Positions 1 to 8,337 of a DNA stretch of 17,511 bases are shown here, piece by piece. The notes beneath the pieces were generated by a model. It was not told where the DNA came from and did no database searches. It saw nothing but the letters and a program-made list of their open reading frames with translations. The DNA is taken from the NCBI GenBank assembly GCA_913020725.1, contig CAJWCD010000078.1, positions 1 through 17,511 on the forward strand. The letters are read 5' to 3'. This DNA is from an uncultured Pseudomonadota bacterium (GTDB taxonomy: Bacteria > SAR324 > NAC60-12). The position numbers and the translations under genes are program-made. Position 1 is the stretch's first letter; each line of letters opens with the position of its first letter.

Positions 1-2
1 AC

Positions 3-1139
3 CTTGCACTGATCTCAGTTCCGGGGGACTTCGCCGCCGCCGAGGCACGCAAGGCTCTGCGTGCCGGGTTAAATGTCATGCTCTTCAGTGATAACGTTGC
101 GCTCTCCGAAGAAGTTGCGCTCAAACACGAAGCGGTTGCGGCTGGGTTGCTGGTCATGGGACCGGACTGTGGAACCGCCATCATCGGTGGTGTGCCGCTC
201 GCCTTTGCCAACCAGATTCCACAAGGAGCCATTGGCATCATTGGCGCATCCGGCACCGGAATACAGGAAGTCTCAAGTCTGATCGCGCAGGCTGGGCACG
301 GAGTTTCGCACGCCCTTGGTGTTGGAGGTCGTGACCTCAGTGATGCGGTTGGTGGTATCAGCACACTGGGGGCACTCGCTCTGCTGGAAGCGGATTCGGC
401 AACACGACATGTGGTGCTGATTTCTAAACCACCATCACCGTCAGTTGCTAAGCGTGTCATTGATACGCTGGCCCACAGTGAAAAACCCTGTACCGTCTGT
501 TTTCTAGGTGCAGACGCACCGTCCCTGCCAGACAACGTCAGCTTTGCACGGACGTTGAAGGCTGCTGCGGAACTGGCGACGGGCAGATCAAACAAGCAGA
601 CACCTGAGTTCACACCCATCATCCCTCATGTTGCTCCTGGGCGTCAGCGCATCCACGGGCTTTTCAGTGGAGGCACACTGTCCTCAGAAGCACAGGTTGT
701 GTTTCTGGACGCAGGGGTGTCCGTGGCATCAAATGCACCGATCCCAGGGGCTGAGGTCGTCAGTTCCGGGACTAAGCATCTGCTCATCGATTTGGGCAGT
801 GATGAATACACGCGGGGGCGTCCGCACCCGATGATTGACCCAACTGTGCGTGACGAAGAACTGGCCACCGCACTAGCAGACCCTACGATTGCTGTGATTC
901 TGCTTGACGTTGTGATCGGTTTCGGTGCCCATCCCGATCCGGCGGGTACAATCGTCCGGGTGGTAGCGGCGGCAGGAACAGAGCGGCCGGTTGTGGTTGC
1001 CTCTGTGACCGGGACGGACGACGATCCGCAGAATCGGCGAACACAGGTGGGCAAGTTGGTTGATGGTGGAATTGTGGTGGCCCCCACCAACGCTGATGCC
1101 GCAACACTGGCTTTGCGCTGCCTCGTCCGGGATGCTTGA
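3..1139 (+). CDS. fdrA: FdrA-family acyl-CoA synthetase-like protein (succinyl-CoA synthetase alpha-like fold), 5'-truncated by the window edge
   Basis: The frame of ORF 78..1139 is open back to position 3 (LALISVPGDFAAAEARKALRAGLNVMLFSDNV). FdrA motifs: MGPDCGTAII, GIIGASGTGIQEV, GVGGRDLS, LISKPPS, GLFSGGTL, DLGSDEYTRGRPHPMIDP. Confidence 0.88.
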   Translation, partial: LALISVPGDFAAAEARKALRAGLNVMLFSDNVALSEEVALKHEAVAAGLLVMGPDCGTAIIGGVPLAFANQIPQGAIGIIGASGTGIQEVSSLIAQAGHGVSHALGVGGRDLSDAVGGISTLGALALLEADSATRHVVLISKPPSPSVAKRVIDTLAHSEKPCTVCFLGADAPSLPDNVSFARTLKAAAELATGRSNKQTPEFTPIIPHVAPGRQRIHGLFSGGTLSSEAQVVFLDAGVSVASNAPIPGAEVVSSGTKHLLIDLGSDEYTRGRPHPMIDPTVRDEELATALADPTIAVILLDVVIGFGAHPDPAGTIVRVVAAAGTERPVVVASVTGTDDDPQNRRTQVGKLVDGGIVVAPTNADAATLALRCLVRDA

Positions 1140-2085
1140 GATTCCGGAGCCAAAACTACCGATTCCCGTATTCGCAGGTGAATCACTGGCAGGCTTCCCT
1201 CTGGGACAGACGATTGCAATTGGATCCGTTGCCTGGCGAGTCCTTGACGGGGTTCGGTTTGGCCGAGTCGCCGCAATTTACGAGCGCAGTCTCTACCTTG
1301 ATGTGAACGGAGCGTGGATTTGCCTGGCCGATACGGTTCTCGGCTCTGGACCGCTGATGGTCAGTGTCGAGGGCAAATACGGGCGGGGATGGATACAACG
1401 ATTTTCCGTTGGCAGCTTGGTGAAACTCACGGCCACCAGCATCACCCTCGACAACTTCCCCATCCTCTCTATTCAAGGCGCAAGTGCTTGGCAACCGCCA
1501 CCGCCACCCGTCTGGTCAAAAACCTCCTTGGCGGACGGGCTTGATGCACTTGAAAACCTCGCAGAGACGAGGTTGCCGACGGAAGGACTCGGACGCTTTC
1601 TGCGGTCGTGTCACCATGTTTTTCCTGCAACTGCGGAAAGCCATGCGGCTGCACCTGCAATTGCGGTATTGGAGGGTTGGCTCGATGAAAGTTTTGCAGC
1701 ACAAACACGAAGACCGCCTGCTCACGAAGCGGTTGCAGCACTGCTGGGACTGGGGCCGGGTCTCACTCCGTCTGGTGATGATTTTCTAGGGGGAATGCTC
1801 ATCGCGTTGCATGCCTGTGGGAAGATTACAGTCCGGCAGCAACTCTTTATCCCGATCGTTGCCCTGCTTGAGGCTACGGGGCCGGTGAGCCGTGCCCATT
1901 TACAAGCCGCCGCGCTTGGTGAGGGGAGTGAGGCACTGCACCGAATGTTGAACGCACTCCTTGAGGCGGATGCTGATGAACTTGCAGCAGAGGTGGACGC
2001 AATTGCTTGCATTGGCCACACTTCCGGATGGGATGCCGTGGCAGGTATAGCCACCGTGTTGCGTGCAATTGCCTCGGCAGTTTAA
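1132..2085 (+). CDS. DUF2877-family protein (YlbF/YahE/AllH-like)
   Basis: ATG at 1132 is in frame with ORF 1060..2085 and overlaps the end of fdrA (stop 1137-1139). Signature [18 protein letters not shown] and C-terminal IGHTSGWD. This family is typically encoded next to fdrA. Confidence 0.85.
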   Translation: MLEIPEPKLPIPVFAGESLAGFPLGQTIAIGSVAWRVLDGVRFGRVAAIYERSLYLDVNGAWICLADTVLGSGPLMVSVEGKYGRGWIQRFSVGSLVKLTATSITLDNFPILSIQGASAWQPPPPPVWSKTSLADGLDALENLAETRLPTEGLGRFLRSCHHVFPATAESHAAAPAIAVLEGWLDESFAAQTRRPPAHEAVAALLGLGPGLTPSGDDFLGGMLIALHACGKITVRQQLFIPIVALLEATGPVSRAHLQAAALGEGSEALHRMLNALLEADADELAAEVDAIACIGHTSGWDAVAGIATVLRAIASAV

Positions 2086-2210
2086 GACACAGCCCCTTCT
2101 CAGCATCCGAATCCGCTGTAAGATTTTCACTCCAAGTTGCTGCAAACTCACGTCTTTGCCCCACTTTTGCACCTGAGTGCTTCAGACAGTTTTCATTTCA
2201 CATCACATCC

Positions 2211-3497
2211 ATGACTCGATTCATTGTGGAGGGCGGCCACCGTCTCTCCGGCTCCATCACCCCATCCGGCAATAAGAACGAAGCCCTTCCGGTCCTGGCG
2301 GCCCTGCTGCTCACCACAGAACCTGTGGTGCTGAGCAACCTCCCCAAAATCCGGGACATCACGATGATGTGTGAACTGCTCACCAGTCTTGGAGTGCGGA
2401 TCACCGAACTTGGTCCGCACCAGCTTCGTTTTGATGCTGCGAGCCTTTCGTCATCGACTCCAGAGTTCGGCAAGGCATCGCAGATACGTGGTTCTTTCCT
2501 GCTCGCGGCTCCACTGCTTGCCCGTTTGGGAGCAGCCAACCTCCCGGCTCCCGGCGGAGACAAGATTGGGCTGCGTCCGGTGAGTACCCATTTGCAAGCA
2601 CTGCGTGGCTTGGGAGCGTGGATCGAAACCGATGGCGAGGACAACATCTATCGAATGCAAAGCTCCGGGTTTCACGGGGCGGATTTGCACCTCGACGAAG
2701 CCAGCGTGATGGCCACCGAAAACGCGCTCATGGCTGCCGTACTAGCTTCCGGAACGACCACGATTTACAACGCCGCCTGTGAGCCGCATGTCCAAGGACT
2801 CTGCCACTTCCTCAACACACTGGGTGCCAACATCACGGGCATCGGCACCAATCTGATCACCGTGACAGGGGTTTCCCGGCTGCACGGCGGTGAGTACACG
2901 CTCAAGCCCGATCACATCGAGGTCGGCTCGTTCATCGGACTGGCGGCGGTCACGCGCAGCGAATTGTGCATCCGCAATGCGGCGGTTCCGCATCTGCGCA
3001 TGACCCGGATGATGTTCGATCGTCTTGGTGTGGAAACACGGGTGCAGGGGAAGGATTTGCACGTTCCCGGGGATCAGAAACTAGCCGTGCAGGTCGACAC
3101 CCCCGGAGGCATTCCGAAAATCGACGATGGCCCTTGGCCTGCGTTTCCAGCGGACTTGACGAGCATCATGACTGTCACCGCCACACAATGCCGGGGGGCG
3201 GTGCTGATCTTCGAGAAAATGTTTGAGAGTCGCTTGTTCTGGGTGGACAAGTTGATTGCGATGGGGGGACAGATCATTCTCTGCGACCCGCACCGGGCGG
3301 TGGTCTCCGGTCCTTCTCCGTTGCGCGGCGCGCCTGTTTCCTCTCCGGACATCCGGGCGGGCATGGCACTGCTGATCGCAGCGCTGGGTGCCCAAGGCAT
3401 CTCAGAAATCCACAACGTCCAGCAGATTGACCGGGGTTACGAGCGCATTGACGAACGCCTCAACGCTATCGGTGCCCACATTCAGCGGTTGGACTGA
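2211..3497 (+). CDS. murA: UDP-N-acetylglucosamine 1-carboxyvinyltransferase (Cys-to-Asp active-site variant)
   Basis: ATG 2211 gives [27 protein letters not shown]. Motifs [61 protein letters not shown]. The ORF-track extension to 2007 overlaps the upstream gene and is unlikely. Confidence 0.95.
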   Translation: MTRFIVEGGHRLSGSITPSGNKNEALPVLAALLLTTEPVVLSNLPKIRDITMMCELLTSLGVRITELGPHQLRFDAASLSSSTPEFGKASQIRGSFLLAAPLLARLGAANLPAPGGDKIGLRPVSTHLQALRGLGAWIETDGEDNIYRMQSSGFHGADLHLDEASVMATENALMAAVLASGTTTIYNAACEPHVQGLCHFLNTLGANITGIGTNLITVTGVSRLHGGEYTLKPDHIEVGSFIGLAAVTRSELCIRNAAVPHLRMTRMMFDRLGVETRVQGKDLHVPGDQKLAVQVDTPGGIPKIDDGPWPAFPADLTSIMTVTATQCRGAVLIFEKMFESRLFWVDKLIAMGGQIILCDPHRAVVSGPSPLRGAPVSSPDIRAGMALLIAALGAQGISEIHNVQQIDRGYERIDERLNAIGAHIQRLD

Positions 3498-3506
3498 TCC
3501 GGATCA

Positions 3507-4124
3507 TCACTGTCCAAAGCGCATCCCGCCCGCCTTCAGCCATTCCGTTTCTGCCTCCGTTGATTTTCGTTCCAGTGCTTGGTTGCGGTGCGGGAAACGC
3601 CCAAACTGCACGATGATGTCCCGGTGTTTCTCGGCAGATTCCACGCTCTGCTCCAACATTTCACGGTATCCCGGACGCGACCGCATGAGCAATTCGTTAG
3701 CAGCCTGCACACTCAATTTTTGTTCCTCCAGAGTTTCGCTGTGCTGCAAGGGCATCAGTAAAAACAGCCCTTCGATTTCACGGAGTTTCCGTTCCCAGCC
3801 CTGCGCGAGGGCGTGGTGCGTCAGTTGACGGGCGGAGGCATCGTAGGCAAAGGCGCGGCCCATGCCCCGAAACAGGTGGCGCGGAAACTGATCCAGCACC
3901 AGCACTGCACCCAACAGCATCCCCGCTTCGGAAAACGCTCCCGGAGCCATGCCCTGAAACTGCTCCGGCAACTCGGCAAACTGTTGCCGGATTTCCTCGT
4001 CCCGGGATTGTCCCGACTGAAACCAACGCTTCCGGCAGTCTCCCAGCAGCGCAGCATCCTCCTCCACACCACCAAACCAATACGCTCGCACCGTGTGCAG
4101 TATGTTAGGGTTGGCGTCCGTCAA
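3507..4124 (-). CDS. DUF924-family protein
   Basis: Motifs YWFG, RWF, LVLDQFPRHLFRG, AFAYD, LMPLQHSE, HRDIIVQFGRFPHRNQALERKSTEAE. Start placed at TTG 4124 because the ORF-track start (4166) falls inside the tRNA-like sequence; exact start uncertain. Confidence 0.88.
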   Translation of the reverse strand: MTDANPNILHTVRAYWFGGVEEDAALLGDCRKRWFQSGQSRDEEIRQQFAELPEQFQGMAPGAFSEAGMLLGAVLVLDQFPRHLFRGMGRAFAYDASARQLTHHALAQGWERKLREIEGLFLLMPLQHSETLEEQKLSVQAANELLMRSRPGYREMLEQSVESAEKHRDIIVQFGRFPHRNQALERKSTEAETEWLKAGGMRFGQ

Positions 4125-4155
4125 GTTGGGCTTCCGGAAAGAAAGGGAAAAGAGA

Positions 4156-4230
4156 TGACGCCCCACAGGGACTTGAACCCCAAGCGGCAGTTTAGGAAGC
4201 CCCCGTTTTATCCTGTTAAACTATGGGAGC
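4156..4230 (-). pseudogene. Degenerate tRNA-Arg (anticodon CCT), probable pseudo-tRNA
   Basis: Minus strand reads GCTCCCA TA GTTT AACAGGATA AAAC G GGGGC TTCCTAA ACTGC CGCT TGGGG TTCAAGT CCCTG TGGGGC G TCA. D-arm, T-loop and anticodon loop are recognisable. The anticodon stem has 2 mismatches, the acceptor 3' strand is one base short, and the end is TCA rather than CCA. Confidence 0.75.
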
Positions 4231-4340
4231 TGGATTCTGGAGTTGTCTTGAATCAAGCAATTTCAGCTGTCAGTCCAACAATTTAGCGGCTTCCTTGGGA
4301 AAGCTCAAGACCCCTCCGTTGCAATAAAACTGCGGCGCGG

Positions 4341-4603
4341 ATTCAAGCAACTCACCGTCTAATAAAGAGAGGCAAGCTGCGTCAGCATCAGAGCCTTTCA
4401 AACCGAATTTCTGCTGCGCTCTTGTCTGAAATTGAAATGTCGGAGGAAGCTGAAATCATGTTGAAAAACAACGCCATCGTGATCCAACCGCTGAAACAAA
4501 AACTGCATGAAGGCTGGTATGACGATTACCAAGTCTCGGAAGATGAGACGTCTGGGAAGGGTTTGTGGCGTTACCGGGAGCAGGCAAGGACTGGGTGTGG
4601 TGA
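4341..4603 (+). pseudogene. AbrB/MazE/SpoVT-family antitoxin remnant (start lost, one frameshift)
   Basis: Frame of ORF 4422 reads ...QSLSNRISAALLSEIEMSEEAEIMLKNNAIVIQPLKQKLHEGWYDDYQVSED. A frameshift at about 4545 continues DVWEGFVALPGAGKDWVW-TGA (4601-4603). This resembles the MazE-type pattern RIP..LL....EE.E....N.IVI.P....GW...W.W*. No ATG/GTG at the expected N-terminus; left boundary approximate. Confidence 0.6.
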
Positions 4604-4770
4604 AGCGAGCATTGACAAAACACGATTGGGTGCTAAAATAGGCGAAATCTCATTGTCTGTTTGGCATCCCGTCTTATTGGAAATGTTAGCTTGAAAAAAC
4701 CAAAAATGGCCGCTTTGGAAAAGCTTTTGAAAAAGCGAGCGGTCAGGTTCACTGGTCCGCTTTCTGTGTC
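4600..4770 (+). pseudogene. Possible heavily decayed MazF/PemK toxin remnant
   Basis: GTG AAG CGA (M-K-R) at 4600 overlaps the antitoxin stop as GTGA. Another frame gives IDKTRLGAKIG, reminiscent of LDPTxGxEIxK, and later ..EM..KWPL..; stops and frameshifts intervene. Weak similarity, right boundary approximate. Confidence 0.3.
4612..4639 (+). promoter_or_regulatory. Sigma70-type promoter upstream of the VWA/TPR-batD-murF run
   Basis: TTGACA (4612-4617), 16-bp spacer ending in TGc, then TAAAAT (4634-4639): perfect -35 plus extended -10. Confidence 0.65.
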
Positions 4771-4852
4771 TTGCTGATCCTGTTCTTTTCGGGTGGCCCA
4801 ACAGCTTCAACTGGACTGTCAGTTCTTTTCCCAAGCATTTGCCTAAAACAGT

Positions 4853-6682
4853 GTGCGGCCTTTGAATTCTGTGCTTGAAAACTTTCACTTGCTACGGCCT
4901 TGGTGGCTGCTGGGGCTTCCGGTGGCGTGGAGCTTTGCGTGGTGGTGGGGTCGGCAGTTGCAAGGGCAGAACGATTGGCAAAGCCATGTGGACGCGCATC
5001 TGTTCAAGTTCCTGACGGGCACTTCGGCTTCTCGAAAATCGGGCAAGTTCCGCTCGGTGTTGCTTGCATCCTTGCTCACCCTGACCGTGCTGGCGTTGGC
5101 GGGGCCAGCATGGCAACGCCTGCCCCAGCCGCTTTACACGCAAACGACCGCAAGGGTGGTGGTGGTGGACCTTTCGTATTCAATGTTGGCAGGCGATCTC
5201 AAGCCGAGCCGCATGGAAAAAGTACGCTTCAAGTTGTTCGATTTGCTCAAGAGGTTGGATGAAGGCGAAACCGCACTGCTCGCATACGCTGGAGACGCGC
5301 ATGTGATTGCCCCGCTCACGACAGACAGCAAAACCTTGGCGCACCTTGCTCGGGTTTTGCATCCAGAACTGATGCCCAGCCTCGGAAGCCGAGCTGATCT
5401 GGCGTTGCAGTTAGCGGTGGAATTGCTGGACAATCGAGGGGCCAAGTCCGGAGGTATTCTTTGGATCACGGATGGGGTTGATCCTGAACAGGCGGCGACC
5501 ATTGCAAAATTGCTCGGATTGCACCGCTTGCGGATTTTGGCGGTGGGCACTACAGAAGGCAGTCCAATTCCACTTGCACAGGGTGGGTTTCTCAAGGATG
5601 CCGATGGGGCCATCGTGATTCCAAAACTGGAATTGGAAAACTTGCGGAAGACAAACCCGGAGCAAGTGGTGCGGATGACGGTGGACGACACCGATCTGGA
5701 TATTCTGCTCGCAGAATCTGGATTTGCAGCAGAGTTTGAGGAGCGTAAAGGCGAGCAGCGAGTCACTGACGAGTGGGCAGAGGAAGGCCCGTGGTTGCTG
5801 CTGGCGGCACTGCCGTTGGGTGCCTTGTTTTTCCGCCGGGGGATGTGGAGTTTGCTGATCGGGATCTGTTTTTTGGGTTCGGCGTCTTCGGTGCGGGCGT
5901 GGGAGTGGCGTGACCTTTGGAAAACTCCGGATCAACAGGCGCAGACCTTGCTGGAACAATCCAAGTTTGAGCAAGCCGCCGAGCGTTTCGACGATCCGGA
6001 GCGGCGAGGTTATGCCTCCTATCAGGGAGAACAGTACGAAGCGGCGGCACAGGAATTCGCGTCCTTGAAGAGCGCACGATCCCACTACAACCGAGGCAAT
6101 GCGCTGGCAAAGCTAGGACGCTACCCGGAAGCGCTTGGGGCTTACGAAAAAGCACTCAAATTGGATCAGGATCACGAGGATGCGCAATTCAACCGTGACC
6201 TGCTGCGCAAACTTCTGGAGCAACAACAACCCCAACAATCCTCGTCCGAGCAACAACAACAGGATTCCCAGCAGGAACAATCCCAGTCCGAGCAACAGGG
6301 GCAATCTGCGGATTCGCAAAGTGGCGATTCTGAATCCTCTGAGCAGTCTGCTCAACAATCCTCCGGAGCTTCTGGAGGCGAAGAGGAAACCTCAACCAGC
6401 GATTCTGAACAAGCCCAGCAAGCAGATTCCGAAACCCAGGATACCCTCGAAAACTCAGGGCGACAAAAGACTCGGACAGCCAAAGCCCCTGAAAACGGGG
6501 ACGATGCCAAGCAAAGTATGGCCACTCCCGCAGATTCCGAACAAGGCATGAGTCCGGAACAACAACTGTTAGAAATGGCCTTGAGGAAAATTCCAGATGA
6601 CCCCGGACGCTTGTTGCGCAACAAACTTCTGCGTGAACAACAGCGACGCGGAACTCGAAAAAAAGCGGTGCAACAATGGTGA
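4853..6682 (+). CDS. VWA domain + TPR membrane protein (BatB/BatC-like fusion)
   Basis: N-terminal FHLLRPWWLL, LALAGPAW, MIDAS motif DLSYSM, AGDAHVIAPLTTD, ITDG, GGFLKDADGAIVIPKL, TPR (HYNRGNALAKLGRYPEALGAYEKAL), Q/S/E-rich linker, C-terminal IPDDPGRLLRNK. Start may be GTG 4853 or GTG 4871. Confidence 0.9.
   Translation: MRPLNSVLENFHLLRPWWLLGLPVAWSFAWWWGRQLQGQNDWQSHVDAHLFKFLTGTSASRKSGKFRSVLLASLLTLTVLALAGPAWQRLPQPLYTQTTARVVVVDLSYSMLAGDLKPSRMEKVRFKLFDLLKRLDEGETALLAYAGDAHVIAPLTTDSKTLAHLARVLHPELMPSLGSRADLALQLAVELLDNRGAKSGGILWITDGVDPEQAATIAKLLGLHRLRILAVGTTEGSPIPLAQGGFLKDADGAIVIPKLELENLRKTNPEQVVRMTVDDTDLDILLAESGFAAEFEERKGEQRVTDEWAEEGPWLLLAALPLGALFFRRGMWSLLIGICFLGSASSVRAWEWRDLWKTPDQQAQTLLEQSKFEQAAERFDDPERRGYASYQGEQYEAAAQEFASLKSARSHYNRGNALAKLGRYPEALGAYEKALKLDQDHEDAQFNRDLLRKLLEQQQPQQSSSEQQQQDSQQEQSQSEQQGQSADSQSGDSESSEQSAQQSSGASGGEEETSTSDSEQAQQADSETQDTLENSGRQKTRTAKAPENGDDAKQSMATPADSEQGMSPEQQLLEMALRKIPDDPGRLLRNKLLREQQRRGTRKKAVQQW
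6217..6450 (+). repeat. Low-complexity Gln/Ser/Glu-rich coding linker (CAA/CAG-rich)
   Basis: Encodes EQQQPQQSSSEQQQQDSQQEQSQSEQQGQSADSQSGDSESSEQSAQQ..., with imperfect repeats such as TCCGAGCAACA. Confidence 0.7.
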
Positions 6683-8337
6683 AACGCGGAATCGCCTTGC
6701 TGATCCTCTTGGTGGTTGCCGGAATCCTCAAGGCAGAGGTGCGCTCGTGGGTGGTGAGCAATCCGGTGGTGGCAGGAGAAACCTTTCAGTTTACCGTGGA
6801 AGCAGAAAACGCCGAAACAGGCGCGCAGCCGGATCTTTCGGTGTTGCGTGGGTTTGAGGTGGTGAGCCGCAGTGTGCAGAACAGCACGACCATCGTGAAT
6901 ACACAGGTCACGCATGCGGTGCGCTGGATTTTCACGCTGGTGCCTCATGCGGCAGGGGATTTCACAATTCCGGCAATTCCGGTGGGCAGCGAGCAGACGC
7001 AGCCGTTTGTCCTCAAAGTCGTGAGTCCGGGATCGCAACCATCGGGGGCGCCCTCTCCTGTGGAACTGGAAACACAGTTGAGCCGCGAGTCGGTTTATCC
7101 CGGAGAGGAATTGCGGTACACCGTGCGCATCATTCGCTCCGTCGAAGCGGAAAACGAGTCGCTGTCGCCTGTAGAGCAATTCAACGCGCAGGTCGAACGC
7201 AGCGAACCACAAACACAAATTGAGATGGTGGCTGGACGCAAGGCCAAGGTTACAACTCTGCACTATCTGATTTACCCGCAGCAGTCCGGAACATTGAAAC
7301 TGCCGAGCTTGCGCTATCAGGGCGAGGTGCAGGTGGGGCGTTCACGCGATCCGTTCCAGAATTTGCGGATGTTCAACCGCAACACGAAGCGCATCTATCG
7401 GCAAACTCCGGAGCGCACGGTGACGGTCAAGTCGCTCCCTGCGGGACAATCCGGGTGGTGGCTGCCCGCACGACAGGTGCAGCTTGCACGAGTCTGGAAA
7501 CCAAACCCGCCGCAGTTCCGGGTGGGTGAGCCGACCACGGTAGAGTTGGTGATCCACGCCGAAGGTGTGCTACCCTCGCAACTGCCTGCGCTTGAGTTGG
7601 TTGTGCCCGCAGGCATTCGTGCCTATCCGGATACTCCCACGTCCATGAAAACCCTAGTAAAATCAGGATTCCGCAGCGAATGGAAACAGTCGTGGGCCTT
7701 GATCCCCGTTCGTGCCGGACGCTTTGTGCTGCCGGAACTGCGGCTACGTTGGTGGGACACGCAGCACGAGCGTTTTCGGGAAGCCGTGCTACCGGAGCAG
7801 GTTTATGAGGCGATCCCCTCTGCCGCGTCCCAAGCCCAAGCTACCCGCATGGACCTCACATCTGCGCCCGCTAGTCTTTTGCCGACACCCGTCGCCGGCC
7901 CCTTTTGGAAGTGGCTGGCCTTTGCTTCATTTGGGTTGTGGGGGTTGACCCTCGGCTGGTGGGGTTGGTCCAAGCGTCGCAAGGAATCTCCGGAGGAACC
8001 CGAAACCGAGGCCAGCACCGCGAACCTCCGGAAAGCCAGTAGAAAATTATTGAGTGCCTGCAAGGCTAACGATGATACAAAAACGCGCTCCATCCTGTTG
8101 GAATGGGAACGATTGCGGCATCCGCAGGAATATTTGCAGAATCTGGAAGATGTCGTGCGGCTCGATCCTGTTTTGCAGAAACCGGTGGATGAGTTGTTGC
8201 AGGTTCGCTATGGCACAAGCCCCCAAGCGTGGGAAGGCGCAAGCTTGCGGAGCGCCATTGAGCAACTTGCGAAAGTTCCGAACCCCACGAATGTCAAACC
8301 GCCCAAGCCCATGCTGGAGCCGCTGGTGCCCTCATGA
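6676..8337 (+). CDS. BatD-family protein
   Basis: Signal peptide; PDLSVLRGFEV, GDFTIPAIPV, YLIYPQQSGTLKLP, WWLPARQVQL, RVGEPT, IRAYPD, GRFVLPELRLRWWDT; TM segment near the C-terminus. Start overlaps the end of the VWA/TPR gene. Confidence 0.88.
   Translation: MVKRGIALLILLVVAGILKAEVRSWVVSNPVVAGETFQFTVEAENAETGAQPDLSVLRGFEVVSRSVQNSTTIVNTQVTHAVRWIFTLVPHAAGDFTIPAIPVGSEQTQPFVLKVVSPGSQPSGAPSPVELETQLSRESVYPGEELRYTVRIIRSVEAENESLSPVEQFNAQVERSEPQTQIEMVAGRKAKVTTLHYLIYPQQSGTLKLPSLRYQGEVQVGRSRDPFQNLRMFNRNTKRIYRQTPERTVTVKSLPAGQSGWWLPARQVQLARVWKPNPPQFRVGEPTTVELVIHAEGVLPSQLPALELVVPAGIRAYPDTPTSMKTLVKSGFRSEWKQSWALIPVRAGRFVLPELRLRWWDTQHERFREAVLPEQVYEAIPSAASQAQATRMDLTSAPASLLPTPVAGPFWKWLAFASFGLWGLTLGWWGWSKRRKESPEEPETEASTANLRKASRKLLSACKANDDTKTRSILLEWERLRHPQEYLQNLEDVVRLDPVLQKPVDELLQVRYGTSPQAWEGASLRSAIEQLAKVPNPTNVKPPKPMLEPLVPS

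Noticed and set aside
2007..2210. N-terminal extension of murA in the ORF track
   Set aside because: Overlaps the DUF2877 gene; MurA similarity begins at ATG 2211.
4422..4694. 90-aa ORF as an intact hypothetical gene
   Set aside because: Better explained as a frameshifted read-through of antitoxin and toxin remnants.
6217..6450. CAA/CAG repeats as a CRISPR array or contingency locus
   Set aside because: Imperfect in-frame repeats encoding the usual Q/S/E linker of BatC-like proteins; no repeat-spacer structure.
6189..7263. Long antisense ORFs (190 and 303 aa) and similar shadow ORFs at 644-1276, 10101-10874, 11651-12685 and 16566-17330
   Set aside because: They lie opposite well-supported genes, have no recognisable motifs, and are expected in GC-rich DNA.
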